DNA from: Eledone cirrhosa
Taxonomy: Eukaryota
Length of the DNA: 64,000 bases
Assembly (NCBI GenBank): GCA_964016885.1
Contig: OZ024741.1
Location: 128,960,001 to 129,024,000 of the forward strand
Direction: 5' to 3'
Shown: positions 12,767 to 23,699 of the stretch, one piece after another
How positions within the stretch are numbered: the first letter of the stretch is position 1
Layout of the letters: the number at the start of each line of letters is the position of its first letter
Position numbers and translations under genes: made by a program
The notes under the pieces: model-generated
Told to the model about the DNA's origin: nothing
Seen by the model: only the letters and a program-made list of their open reading frames with translations
The model's database searches: none

Positions 12767-12791
12767 ATGTGTGTATTTATACATATATATA

Positions 12792-13185
12792 TCATCATCA
12801 TCATCACCGTTTTTACGTCCGTTCTTCCATGCTAGCATGGGTTAGACGGGTTGTCCTGTTGTGGGCAGTGTCTGGTTGGCTGACCATGCCTTGCTCATAC
12901 AGGAACTGATTTGGCTTGGTTTCTACAGCTGGATGCCCTTCCTAACACCAACCTCATTTACAGTGAGTGCTGGGTGGTTTTTTGCCATGGCACCTCCACG
13001 ACCACTTTGCAGTGGAATGATATGGACCCCAGTCCCTATCATCTCATTTCTACAGCTGAGTAAACTGGAGCAATGTGAAATAAAGTGTCTTGCTCAAGGA
13101 AACAACACATCACCCGGTTTGAGAATTGAACTCACAACCTTTCGATTGCAAGGCCAATGCTCTAACCACTAAGCCATGTGGCTCC
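12792..13185 (-). mobile_element. Second copy of the same SINE, tail-to-tail with 12417-12766
   Basis: Reverse-complement head ctctaaccactaagccatgtggctcc at 13160-13185 and (cat)n tail at about 12792. Confidence 0.85.
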
Positions 13186-13254
13186 ATATATATATTTATA
13201 TTTATATATATATATATATATGCCACAAAATCCAGGCCGAAACAAATGAGATCG

Positions 13255-13593
13255 TGTAGGTGTCACGAAAAAAAAACACACAGTCCACGCTGTAATGTGA
13301 CCGTGTAGGCAACACGGTAAAAACGTCCCAGTCCCACACTGTAAATGTGGTTGGTGCTAGGAAGGGCATCCAGCTGTAGAAAACCTGCCAGACAGTCCAC
13401 GCTGTAATGTGGCCGTGTAGGCAACACGGTAAAAACCTCCCAGCCCCACACTGTAAATGTGGTTGGTGTTAGGAAGGGCATCCAACTATAGAAAACCCGC
13501 CAGACAGTCCTATGCGAGCAAGACAACCACTCTTGCCTCAAGTGGGAAAACTCCCGTCCAAACCCATGCAAGCATGGAACACGAACGTTAAAC

Positions 13594-13658
<65 letters not shown>

Positions 13659-13675
13659 CGACGACGACGACGATG
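13255..13675 (+). mobile_element. Non-autonomous RTE-derived repeat with internal ~118-bp duplication and long (GAT)n tail
   Basis: ggttggtgttaggaagggcatcc motif (shared with the RTE 5' UTR) occurs twice; ends cccatgcaagcatggaac...aaac(gat)n. Related copies at about 2040, 9740, 12020, 19074, 57150, 57580, 59700 and 61435. Confidence 0.8.
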
Positions 13676-13810
13676 ATATATATATATATATATATATATA
13701 TGGAGCCACATGGCTTAGTGGTTAGAGCATTGGCCTTGCAATCGAAAGGTTGTGAGTTCAATTCTCAAACTGGGTGATGTGTTGTTTCCTTGAGCTATAT
13801 ATATATATAT

Positions 13811-14205
13811 GTAGATAAATCTACCAAAAGTTTACGGTAGTGTCCAATCCGTATGAAGAACTCAATGTAATCCGGATATCATGAAAAGAAGAGATGCATT
13901 CAAAAATCACTTTCGGTGAAAGATAAACGGAATACAGAGTCAAGATAAATTATTAAAAAAATAATGAATAAACAAAGAAACAGTTCCTTATATTAAACAA
14001 AAAAAGTTCATTATTTCTGAAGACAGCATATATATGTGAAGGTATGTATATTCTCTTTGATAGTTTGTATAATTTTGTACATAGATCTTTTGAATATGCA
14101 TACCAATTCTAACATATATATGTCCTAGAAACGATCGTAAAATAATGAACTTTTTTTGTTTAATATAAGGAACTGTTTCTTTGTTTATTCATTATTTTTT
14201 TAATA

Positions 14206-14210
<5 letters not shown>
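13811..14210. mobile_element. Non-coding hairpin element in (TA)n, probably Penelope-derived
   Basis: About 70-bp inverted arms (13946-14016 / 14140-14210), flanked by TA tracts. The distal segment 13811-13870 recurs inverted at 53036-53080. Confidence 0.7.
14006..14150 (+). ncRNA. Type-I hammerhead ribozyme motif with long stem II and very long stem I
   Basis: gttcattattt, CTGAAGA (14017-14023), ~100-nt stem II region, GAAA (14128-14131), palindromic CGATCG, GTA triplet (14137-14139), aaataatgaac. The base of stem II is imperfect. Confidence 0.7.
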
Positions 14211-14264
<54 letters not shown>

Positions 14265-14527
14265 TATGTGTGTGCATGCATATATGTATGTGTGCTTGAG
14301 TGTGACATGAACGATACAATCGCAGCTAAACCAATTTTCTTTAATTTTCCCTCAGCTTTTTTATTTTCTCCCCACCATTTTCACTATTTTCTGAAGAAGT
14401 ACATAGTCTGAAACGTTATCAACAACTCTTTTCACGTCAACTTAATAACTTTAATTTTTATCCTATTTCAACTAAATTTTTTGTTTTGTTATACGTTCAT
14501 TACACACACAAACATATATAATATATA

Positions 14528-14714
14528 ATTGTTTCTTCTTTTGGCACAAGGCCAGCAATTATCCAGTGCATTACTGGTACTTTATTTTATCGACCCCGTA
14601 AGGATGAAAGGCAAAGTCAACCTCGGCGGGATTTGAACTCAGACCGTAAAGGGACGTAACTATGCTGGAAAGCATGGCGTCCGACCCTCTACCGATACTG
14701 CCAATCCATCGCCT
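14528..14714 (-). mobile_element. tRNA-derived SINE family 2 (central domain gcctttcatccttacggggtcgataaaat)
   Basis: A-box tggcagtatcgg, B-box gagttcaaatccc, tail ggccttgtgccaaaag-agaaacaatt. Further copies at about 14948(+), 22780(-), 25325(+), 29455(-), 31240(-), 31605(-), 46615(+), 49800(-), 54425(+), 58400(-) and 58908(-). Confidence 0.85.
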
Positions 14715-14769
14715 TATAATATATAATATATAATATATAATGTGTATGTATATGTATATGTATGTATGA

Positions 14770-14901
<132 letters not shown>

Positions 14902-14913
14902 GTGTGTGTGCGT

Positions 14914-14947
<34 letters not shown>

Positions 14948-15982
14948 AGGCGCTGAGTTGGCAGAGTCGTTAGAACATCGGATAGAATGCTTTGCAGTAA
15001 TTGTTCCAGCTTTCTACTCTCTGAGTTTGAATCTTGCCGAGGACAACTTTGCCTTTCATTCTTTCGAGGTCGATAAAAAAGTACCAGCCAAGTACTAGGG
15101 TCAATTCTTCCTTTGTATCTCTTTCTCACTTCTATTCTTTCACTCTTTCTATTCTTCCCTCGAAGAAATCTGGTGTATTTCGACGTGGAGTGGAGGTGCC
15201 CCCCCCCCCCCCCCCCCGCTTTAAAAAATGCCGTAGAAACGCCGTATGACAATATGGCGCCACTACGACTCCACCAGATCACACACATATATATATTATA
15301 TGTATGTATATACTTGCACCTAACTTTGCATTTATCCTTATTGTGTGCGTGTGTGTAATAACAATCAGTAACTACGAAGCAAAAATATAAGTTAACTTCA
15401 AAGTGTTTCTTTTCCATAAAACAATTGCTAAAATAATAGAAACTAACTACATGCTTTCATTATCGGTAACTAATGCTAAACTAATTAAATTTTCAGTGAA
15501 TTTTTTCTCTGAAAAAGTGACAATTTGAAAATTATATCAGAACAAAGGTCTGATGTACGAAGCCCGAAACAGAGATGATCCTTCATTTTGGATAAATAAC
15601 CTGAAATAAAGGATATATATGTTGTGAAATAAAGATACATGACCTGGACTACTTTGAAGAAAATCTGTCCACGAAAATAATTGTTTCTACTTTTGACACA
15701 AGGCCAGCAATTGCCAGTGTATGAGAAATCTGAGATTCAGTCAAGTTTGATGGTAGGTAATGAGTGTCGGTTTAAAATGGTTGAATAGCAGACGACATGT
15801 GTAAAGATTGATGTAGAAAGAGATACAGTAAGAGATAGACGAGAGAGGAGAAGGAGGTGAAACAAAGAGTGGGAGAAGGAAGTTAAAGAGGGGGGAGTTA
15901 AAGAGGGGGAATTAAAGAGGGGAAGTTAGAACGATATTGCAGACAATTAGACGTAGATATATTGACAGACACACACATACAT

Positions 15983-16014
<32 letters not shown>

Positions 16015-16066
16015 AAAGATAGAAAGAGAGAGAAATATTAGGAACATATAGAGATTTATATATATA

Positions 16067-16308
16067 CCATGATATTAAATAAATGTGAACTATATTTATA
16101 AAACCATATTTATTTTATTATATATATTTCAAGGGCAACCAAGCAAACCTTGGTGCGCTTTCATCAGATAAATTACAAAGTTATTTATAAAACAAACTTT
16201 GTATTTTATCTGATGAAAGTGCACCAAGGTTTGCTTGGTTGCCCTTGAAATATATAATAAGATAAATATGGTTTTATAAATATAGTTTCTATTTATTTAA
16301 TATCATGG
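16067..16308. repeat. Palindromic hairpin element (arms about 115 bp) with a hammerhead motif in each arm
   Basis: ccatgatattaaataaat...catcagataaattacaaagt / actttgtattttatctgatg...atttatttaatatcatgg. Confidence 0.85.
16202..16264 (+). ncRNA. Minimal type-I hammerhead ribozyme
   Basis: Stem I tattttat/ataagata, CTGATGA (16210-16216), stem II aagtgcaccaag..cttggttgccctt, GAAA (16247-16250), palindromic TATATA stem III, ATA triplet. Confidence 0.65.
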
Positions 16309-16397
16309 AATATTTACTCCAGTAATTTGTTGAGTGCTCTAAATCAGTTATAAACATTTATGTTAGTCGGAATTCCAACAAATTAAATACAACTTCT

Positions 16398-16431
<34 letters not shown>

Positions 16432-16691
16432 TTCATCTGAATGAAACAGTACTAGTCCTGTAGAAGCTCCTTCTATAAAATAAAAAAAAAATATATATAT
16501 ATATATATATACTGTTGGCTTATATATATATATATATATATATATTGTTATACTTTGGTAGGGTCATGTTGCCAATAAGAAACACACGCACCAGTTGCTT
16601 TCACTTCAATTTATTATAATAAATTTATAAATTTAGGAATTTATAAATTTCCGGTTGTTTGGTTCCACAACCAGATGATTGTTTATATATT

Positions 16692-16734
16692 GTCAAAGTT
16701 CTTTCGTCACACATTCTGTGACCTCTTCAGTGAC
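16692..16734 (-). ncRNA. Minimal type-I hammerhead ribozyme of Penelope element 1
   Basis: Minus strand reads gtca-CTGAAGA-g-gtcaca(gaatg)tgtgac-GAAA-g-aa-ctt-tgac; stems I and II pair perfectly. Confidence 0.75.
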
Positions 16735-17124
16735 TGGGATTCTTTTCTTTGTTTTTGTGCCTCTCCTTTGTTCTGTCCTACGCCATCTTGTTTTTGTGTG
16801 TGTGTTGTGTGCTTAGTTTGCGCATGTCTTACATCCGGGTGTCTGCGCGTGTTTATATTCGTTTATTTATTTGTTTATTTACATGTTACTGGTTGGTTGT
16901 TTGTTCTATGTGCGTGTGTGTTTTCATTTTGTTCTTAATTGTAAGTTGTGATGTTGATGTTCCATTCATGTTTTCTATTTAATTTGGTTGGAGTTCATTT
17001 ATGTTTATTGCCTCTGTGATTTGTCAAAACATTGCGTCTTTTCTGTGTGTAGATTCTATTTTTACTTCTATGTTCTCTAATTTACCCCTATGTTCTATGT
17101 TGGTAGAGTACAGAGGATTCTTTA

Positions 17125-19002
17125 CTATCTTGAAGGTTCATTTGTCCGTTCCCCTATACTACGAGCTGTCTCACCTATGTACACTATATTTTTATCTCTA
17201 CATTGTCCTTCAGTACATCTTATGCTATATACTACATTTCTAGTTTTACAGTTAATATGGGGGCTTAATTTACAGATTATACATTTCTTATCTATACAGG
17301 GAGGTCTTTGAAAAGGGTATGTATTGCTAATAAGTGTTTTTATGGAGGTACCTGGTCTTTCTACTATCTTAATATTGAGTTTATGTTTATCTAGGGCCCT
17401 TCTAAATTTGTAAGCTAATTCACTTCTAGGGGTTGTATCGATGAACATTACACTCTGGTATTTATTGCTATCATACCATGAGTTTATTCTATTAGCCTTA
17501 TTCCTAGTTCTTTCTATTCTATTCCAAAGTTTGCTCCTATACAAGGGGCAGGTCCCATTTGTGTCATTATTTACCATTTTTTCCCATTTGGTTCTGGCTC
17601 CTCTATATACTCTGATTTTATCTCTCTGATTGTAACCAGAGAACTGCATACGGTGGATGAAGAGTTGTATGTGTCTCTCTAGTTCTTTGGGGTTGCACAT
17701 GCGGGACACGTTTCTCATCACTCGTACTAAATCCGCAATCAGTATGTTGATTTTGGTATGGTCCAAAACAGCTGAGTTTCGGTGGATCAGATATTTGGAA
17801 GTCATGGGTTTGGCATAATGGGAATGGAGGATTTGTTTTTTGTTATTAATGGTATCTAACCAGAGCTCTATGTCTAGTACAGGTAATCGATGGTTGGGGT
17901 GTTTGCTTGGGTAGTCTATAGTAACTCTAATACTCTGGTGGATGGAGTTAGCTATTTTCTGGATGCTTTCCATTGTGTTTTTCTCTAATTCCTGACTGTT
18001 CTCTAGTGGGGGTGTTTTTACTACGATGTTTATATCATCAACGTAGCGGGAGTACATTATCAGGGTTAAGGGGTCTTCTAATTGTTCTTTAAGTTTAAGT
18101 TTAAGTCTACTGTCCCACCATACCATGAATAGGTTAGCTATGTCGCCTGCAATGCTAACACTAATGGCTGCTCCCTCCTCTTGGGCATATGTTTTTCCAT
18201 TAAATTTGAACATATGTTCCTTAAGGGTTAATTTTATGCTGGCCCCCACCGCATGTGCAATCATTTTCTTTAGTTCATCGTGGTTTTCGGGGGTCCGTAT
18301 GGCTCTGGTCCACCCGTTCCATCTATCTGTGTGGGTTTTCTTGGCCATTGAGGTAATGGTAGGTGGTCTGCCTCTTGCTGGTCTTGTAGGGAACAGGTTG
18401 CTAAGGCCATATGTATCTAGATAATTATTACTATAGGTAAGTTTAAGTAGGAGTCCCAGCTCACTGGTATCAATCCCACGGAATTCAACATTGCTCTCAC
18501 TGATCATTTCTACGCATTTCTCCACAGCAAAATCCACGTCAATAGATGGATACAGGGACACAACATCCATACTACCTATTATGCAGTTTGTTAGGTCCCT
18601 AGATCGGTTACTCTCGCCGATTCTGCTGAGGAGGTCCTCCGTGCTGTCACATACATCTGGGGACATTTCAATGATGGGGCGTATGATCAAGGAGAGGAAG
18701 TAGGAAAGTCTGTAGTTACTAGCAATGTTAGCTCCACAGACTGGCCGTGTTGGTGGTCCTGTGACAGGGTCACTACTCGTTTTATGGTCTTTTCGAAGCC
18801 CATACAACGCTGGCACCTCATTGTTCCAGGCCTGGAAGTTGTTGGCAGTCCTTTTGTTGGGCTGCATTATATTTGTCCACATCATCATATGGGCATTGAG
18901 GGCTTTTTCCCTATCCTCATGCTCTTGTGGTGTTACTTCTCTTGTGTTAGTGATGTGGGGTTGCATTGCCTGGATGTAGTTTGGCAGACTGTCAACCGAC
19001 AT
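17125..19002 (-). CDS. Penelope-like reverse transcriptase plus GIY-YIG endonuclease (625 aa, frameshifted at the C-terminus)
   Basis: LYGLRKDHK, SMDVVSLYPSI, RYVDD, LPVLDI, CxxC, VVYSIRC...YIGETARS; the degraded frame continues to about 16950. Confidence 0.9.
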   Translation of the reverse strand: MSVDSLPNYIQAMQPHITNTREVTPQEHEDREKALNAHMMMWTNIMQPNKRTANNFQAWNNEVPALYGLRKDHKTSSDPVTGPPTRPVCGANIASNYRLSYFLSLIIRPIIEMSPDVCDSTEDLLSRIGESNRSRDLTNCIIGSMDVVSLYPSIDVDFAVEKCVEMISESNVEFRGIDTSELGLLLKLTYSNNYLDTYGLSNLFPTRPARGRPPTITSMAKKTHTDRWNGWTRAIRTPENHDELKKMIAHAVGASIKLTLKEHMFKFNGKTYAQEEGAAISVSIAGDIANLFMVWWDSRLKLKLKEQLEDPLTLIMYSRYVDDINIVVKTPPLENSQELEKNTMESIQKIANSIHQSIRVTIDYPSKHPNHRLPVLDIELWLDTINNKKQILHSHYAKPMTSKYLIHRNSAVLDHTKINILIADLVRVMRNVSRMCNPKELERHIQLFIHRMQFSGYNQRDKIRVYRGARTKWEKMVNNDTNGTCPLYRSKLWNRIERTRNKANRINSWYDSNKYQSVMFIDTTPRSELAYKFRRALDKHKLNIKIVERPGTSIKTLISNTYPFQRPPCIDKKCIICKLSPHINCKTRNVVYSIRCTEGQCRDKNIVYIGETARSIGERTNEPSR

Positions 19003-19246
19003 TCTGCCAGACTTGTCTGTTGGAAAGCATGCTATCTCTCCATTATGCTATCTCTCCAATATATATATATATTGTTGGTGGTGTTAAGAGGGGCCTCCAG
19101 CTGTAAAAATCCTGGACAAATTTACAGTCCCGTCAGAGCAAGGTATGGCGTGGCCAATTCTGGCCAGACTTGTCTCTTGACATGGACGACTCGTCAAACC
19201 TATGCAAGCATGGAAAATGGACATTAAACGGTGATGATGATGATGA

Positions 19247-19289
<43 letters not shown>

Positions 19290-19297
<8 letters not shown>

Positions 19298-19773
19298 TAA
19301 ACGGAATAGAAAATGCTGACAAATTGTTCACAGTTGAAAAATGGTTTAATTAGGAATAAAAGAGTATTAGTGATTGTATGGGTTAGTATTCAGTTGTGGT
19401 TTTAAGTTTTTAAGTTTTTACCGGTTGCGCATTTCTAAATGCTTTTCAAAAATAATTTTGAGATAGAGTGTCCGTGCTGTTTGCTCTGTTCTGATTAGTT
19501 TTGGGAATTCTACCTGTTTTTATGTTAAAAAAATGGCTCCAGCGTTATTTTTGTGTTGTAAAAATGCTTGTGGTCAAAACAATTTTGATTGGTCGGTAGA
19601 GGTCATGTGAATGTAAAAAGTTGATTTTGCGCCAAGACTGTTTTTATGTTAAAATGTTAGAAAAGTGGCTCCAGCAAAGATTATGGTCAAAACAATTTTG
19701 ATTGGTCGGTAGAGGTCATGTGGATAAAAAATTGGTTTTGCGCCAAGATTGAGAAATGACTCTTTCACAACAA

Positions 19774-19817
<44 letters not shown>

Positions 19818-19886
19818 TAGTAGTAGTAAGGTATTCGATGCTGCGACAATAGCCACCAGCGATGTGTGTCAAATGGCTATTAAGAT

Positions 19887-19922
<36 letters not shown>

Positions 19923-19988
19923 ACACACACACAGCAGAGTCATTCGAAGGTCAAAAGATATTTTTCAGCTTTTGTCTTATACGGAGAA

Positions 19989-20025
<37 letters not shown>

Positions 20026-20046
20026 AGTCTCTTTGTATGTTGATGT
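19290..20046. repeat. Left arm of inverted repeat; right arm 21839-22611
   Basis: atattggtaaacggaatag...gtctctttgtatgttgatgt is the reverse complement of 21839-22611, differing mainly in microsatellite length. Confidence 0.92.
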
Positions 20047-20234
20047 ACGCGTGTGTATGTGTCTGCGTATACATGTGTGCGTGCGTGTGTGTGCGTGTGT
20101 GGGTGGACCAGTATTTCCCCCCCCCCCCCCCCTGGTAAAATGGTGTACATTATTCGATTTTTTCAGTAAAATCGGTTCTCTTAATAGAACATCAACAATC
20201 TTAACAATAAAAGGTGTGAAATGATATTCACTAT

Positions 20235-20279
<45 letters not shown>

Positions 20280-20460
20280 CATTTTCACTACACACATATA
20301 TATACATATATACATATATACATACATATATATGCACATATATTTTTTTGTATTGCACCATAGAGCATGTGTGTTTACGTGTGTCATTGTGTTTATATGT
20401 GGGTAGAGATGTGTGCTGATGTAGGTATGTATGTTGACGTGTGTATGTTGTGGGTTCGTC

Positions 20461-21852
20461 TTAGGGAGAAGTGTTTAGACGGGGTCCGTATTTGTTAATG
20501 AAGTAAGATTCCTTGCTGATGCGCTGGGTGTGGGTGGCATTATCTTTAAATTTGTAGAGGGGAAAGATTCTGAAGTTGGGATGATTTTGGGCGGCGCAGG
20601 TATCAATGTGTTCACTCAGTGGTATTTTCCTGTATTCCCGTATTTTAATTTGGGATCTATGGACAGTCATGCGTTGGCGGAGGCTGTTTTTGGTCTGGCC
20701 TATGTATTGTTCTCGACAACCTGAACAAGTTAATACATATATTAAATTTTCCGATGCACATGTGAAATTGTGTTTTACTATAAAACGTTGTCCATCTTTG
20801 AAATAGAATTCCGAACCCTCTATTAGGTTGATGCAAATGCCACAGTTGGGTCTATCGCATTTTTTTACTGTGGGTTTCGTTGTTGTGGTTGGCAGTACTT
20901 TGGCATGTGTTAAGATGTTTTTCATTGACTTGGATTGTCTTTTGCTTTTTATGATATCGTGTGTTCGTAGAATTTGGTTCATTCTATGGTCCTTTTTCAA
21001 TACAGGGATGTTCTGGAGGATGGTGTCAAAGGCCTCGTTGTTGAGGGGGTTGTGTGTGGAGATGTATGGAAGAGCTTTTAGTTTTGGTTGATTTACTTTA
21101 GGGTGTCTAAGGTCCTGGGTACTGAGTTTTAGGGCACGTTGGATTCCATTGTCAATTAGTGATGCAGGGTAGTCCCTGCCTATGAGTGTGTCCTTTAGTT
21201 CTTGTAGCCGTAAGTAGCAGATGTTTTTATTGGAGACTATAGTACAGATTCTCTTGGCTAAGTTGTAGGGAATATTAATTTTAACGTGTCTAGGGTGGCA
21301 AGAGTTGAAGGGGAGGTATTGCTTGGAGTCTGTGGGCTTGTAGTATATGTCTGTTTCTATTTTTTTGTTATGGATCTTAATGAGGATGTCGAGGAAGGGG
21401 AGTTGTTGATGGCTGTATTCCATTGTGAAGTTAATATTTGTGTTGAGCCCATTTATAAGGGTGTGAAATTCTTTAAGTTTTTCGATGTTTTCGTGCCAAA
21501 GGATGAAGCAGTCATCAAGATATCGCTTCCAGTTCCTTTCAATGTGTAAGTGGAGGGTGTTTCCAAATTTGTTTAGGACTTTAGTGTAGAGGGTGATTTC
21601 CAGGTATCCCATGACTAGGTTGGCATACGTAGGGGCTGTTTTCGTTCCCATAGCGGTCCCAGATTTCTGCCTGTAGGGTTTGTTATTGAAAACGAAGTAA
21701 TTGTTCTCCAAGATAAATTTGAGTCCCTCTATCACGAATTCTTTTTTGATGCGTTGTGGGAGTTCATTGTGGAAGTTTTCCAGCCAGAATTGGATAGCTT
21801 CTATTCCTAGGTTGTGGGGGATGTTGGAGTATAGGTTGACATCAACATACAA
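20461..21852 (-). CDS. Penelope-like RT C-terminal half plus GIY-YIG endonuclease (463 aa)
   Basis: NLYSNIP, GTAMGT, RYLDD, LPFLDI, YYKPTD, CxxxxCxxC, LIYVLTC..C..QYIGQT, R..H, E..FI; open to the stop codon. Confidence 0.92.
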   Translation of the reverse strand: MYVDVNLYSNIPHNLGIEAIQFWLENFHNELPQRIKKEFVIEGLKFILENNYFVFNNKPYRQKSGTAMGTKTAPTYANLVMGYLEITLYTKVLNKFGNTLHLHIERNWKRYLDDCFILWHENIEKLKEFHTLINGLNTNINFTMEYSHQQLPFLDILIKIHNKKIETDIYYKPTDSKQYLPFNSCHPRHVKINIPYNLAKRICTIVSNKNICYLRLQELKDTLIGRDYPASLIDNGIQRALKLSTQDLRHPKVNQPKLKALPYISTHNPLNNEAFDTILQNIPVLKKDHRMNQILRTHDIIKSKRQSKSMKNILTHAKVLPTTTTKPTVKKCDRPNCGICINLIEGSEFYFKDGQRFIVKHNFTCASENLIYVLTCSGCREQYIGQTKNSLRQRMTVHRSQIKIREYRKIPLSEHIDTCAAQNHPNFRIFPLYKFKDNATHTQRISKESYFINKYGPRLNTSP

Positions 21853-21859
21853 AGAGACT

Positions 21860-21890
<31 letters not shown>

Positions 21891-21962
21891 GCGCACTTCT
21901 CCGTATAAGACAAAAGCTGAAAAATATCTTTTGACCTTCGAATGACTCTGCTGTGTGTGTGT

Positions 21963-21996
<34 letters not shown>

Positions 21997-22065
21997 ATCT
22001 TAATAGCCATTTGACACACATCGCTGGTGGCTATTGTCGCAGCATCGAATACCTTACTACTACTA

Positions 22066-22127
<62 letters not shown>

Positions 22128-22642
22128 TTGTTGTGAAAGAGTCATTTCTCAATCTTGGCGCAAAACCAATTTTTTATCCACATGACCTCTACCGACCAAT
22201 CAAAATTGTTTTGACCATAATCTTTGCTGGAGCCACTTTTCTAACATTTTAACATAAAAACAGTCTTGGCGCAAAATCAACTTTTTACATTCACATGACC
22301 TCTACCGACCAATCAAAATTGTTTTGACCACAAGCATTTTTACAACACAAAAATAACGCTGGAGCCATTTTTTTAACATAAAAACAGGTAGAATTCCCAA
22401 AACTAATCAGAACAGAGCAAACAGCACGGACACTCTATCTCAAAATTATTTTTGAAAAGCATTTAGAAATGCGCAACCGGTAAAAACTTAAAAACTTAAA
22501 ACCACAACTGAATACTAACCCATACAATCACTAATACTCTTTTATTCCTAATTAAACCATTTTTCAACTGTGAACAATTTGTCAGCATTTTCTATTCCGT
22601 TTACCAATATATAATAACTTGTGTGTTACACCTCTATTCTTT

Positions 22643-22723
<81 letters not shown>

Positions 22724-23044
22724 TTATATATATTTCAAATTAAAATTTGATTGAAAAAAAAAAATAAAAACAATACAATAATTGTTTCTACTTTTGGCAC
22801 AAGGCCAGCAATTATCCCAGTGCATTACTGGTGCTTTATTTTATCGACCCCGTAAGGTTGAAAGGCAAAGTTAACCTCAGAACGTAAAGGGTCATAACTT
22901 TATGCTGCAAAGCATGGTGTCTGACGTTCTACCGATACTGAATATTATAATGAACATGAGTTTCAAAAGAAAATCCAAAACAAATTCATCAGAGAGAGAA
23001 AAAAAGAAAGAAAGACAACAACATAAAAAAGGGGGGTAGTCATG

Positions 23045-23510
23045 CACACTCAGTTTCCCTCTAATAATCTTCGAGGCAAGTCAAGACACTCGCGACATTG
23101 CTGTAAGTGATAGCGAGACTAAGACATTGAAATAGTCATGCACCTTCACGAGCATCACCCGCTACTTCAGTAAGACAAGTCACCAACAATGACAAAACCC
23201 CTCATTGTCAGCGGCCCTGTTCTTCCGAACGGGTGGGTAAAAATATCGTTTGCCGCCAGTTTATAGTGTTTCAGATTTCTATTCTGTTCGGCTTCACCAC
23301 AGCATCCAAGCTGTTAGAAGGACCAAAGAGTGTCGCTAGCTGTGGCATCCCATATGAGACATCTACCTCTAACCCAAGGGCAAAGGGTTAAGACCCTTGT
23401 GCCTTTCCTCGTAAACCTTAGGCCTTTCCTCGTAAACAATTCAGCTGGCTCCAGAATTGAAGGGATATTGACTTTGGTATGGGTCACTTCGACATTTATA
23501 TCCCCCACCG
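23045..23510 (-). mobile_element. Degenerate CRE-like RLE 3' fragment
   Basis: NIPSILEP...PWVRGRCLIWDATASDT followed by a decayed FGRTGPLT/GDARE region similar to 36055-36400. Confidence 0.7.
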
Positions 23511-23699
23511 GTTTCACATTTGAGATCAAATCACAGACACACATATAGGTAGAGAGACAGAGATAAATGAAGAGAAATTGTGACTGAGATAGAGGAAAGA
23601 GAAGAACGGAGAGAGAGCAGACATTGGTAGACATAAATAAAGAATGAGTCAAGAGACAGGTAAACATATATAGATGGACAACGCACATATATATATAAA

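Larger units (their letters stand above)
16547..19005 (-). mobile_element. Penelope-like element 1 (5'-truncated)
   Basis: RT plus GIY-YIG ORF, 3' region with a hammerhead, ends in a (TA)n tract. Confidence 0.9.
19290..22648 (-). mobile_element. Penelope-like element 2 with inverted terminal duplication
   Basis: Truncated ORF flanked by a ~760-bp inverted repeat; both ends lie in (TA)n. Confidence 0.9.

Noticed and set aside
14390-14420. ctgaaga..gaaac hammerhead-like motif (also about 15550-15572)
   Set aside because: Stem I does not pair and stem II is poor; at most decayed remnants.
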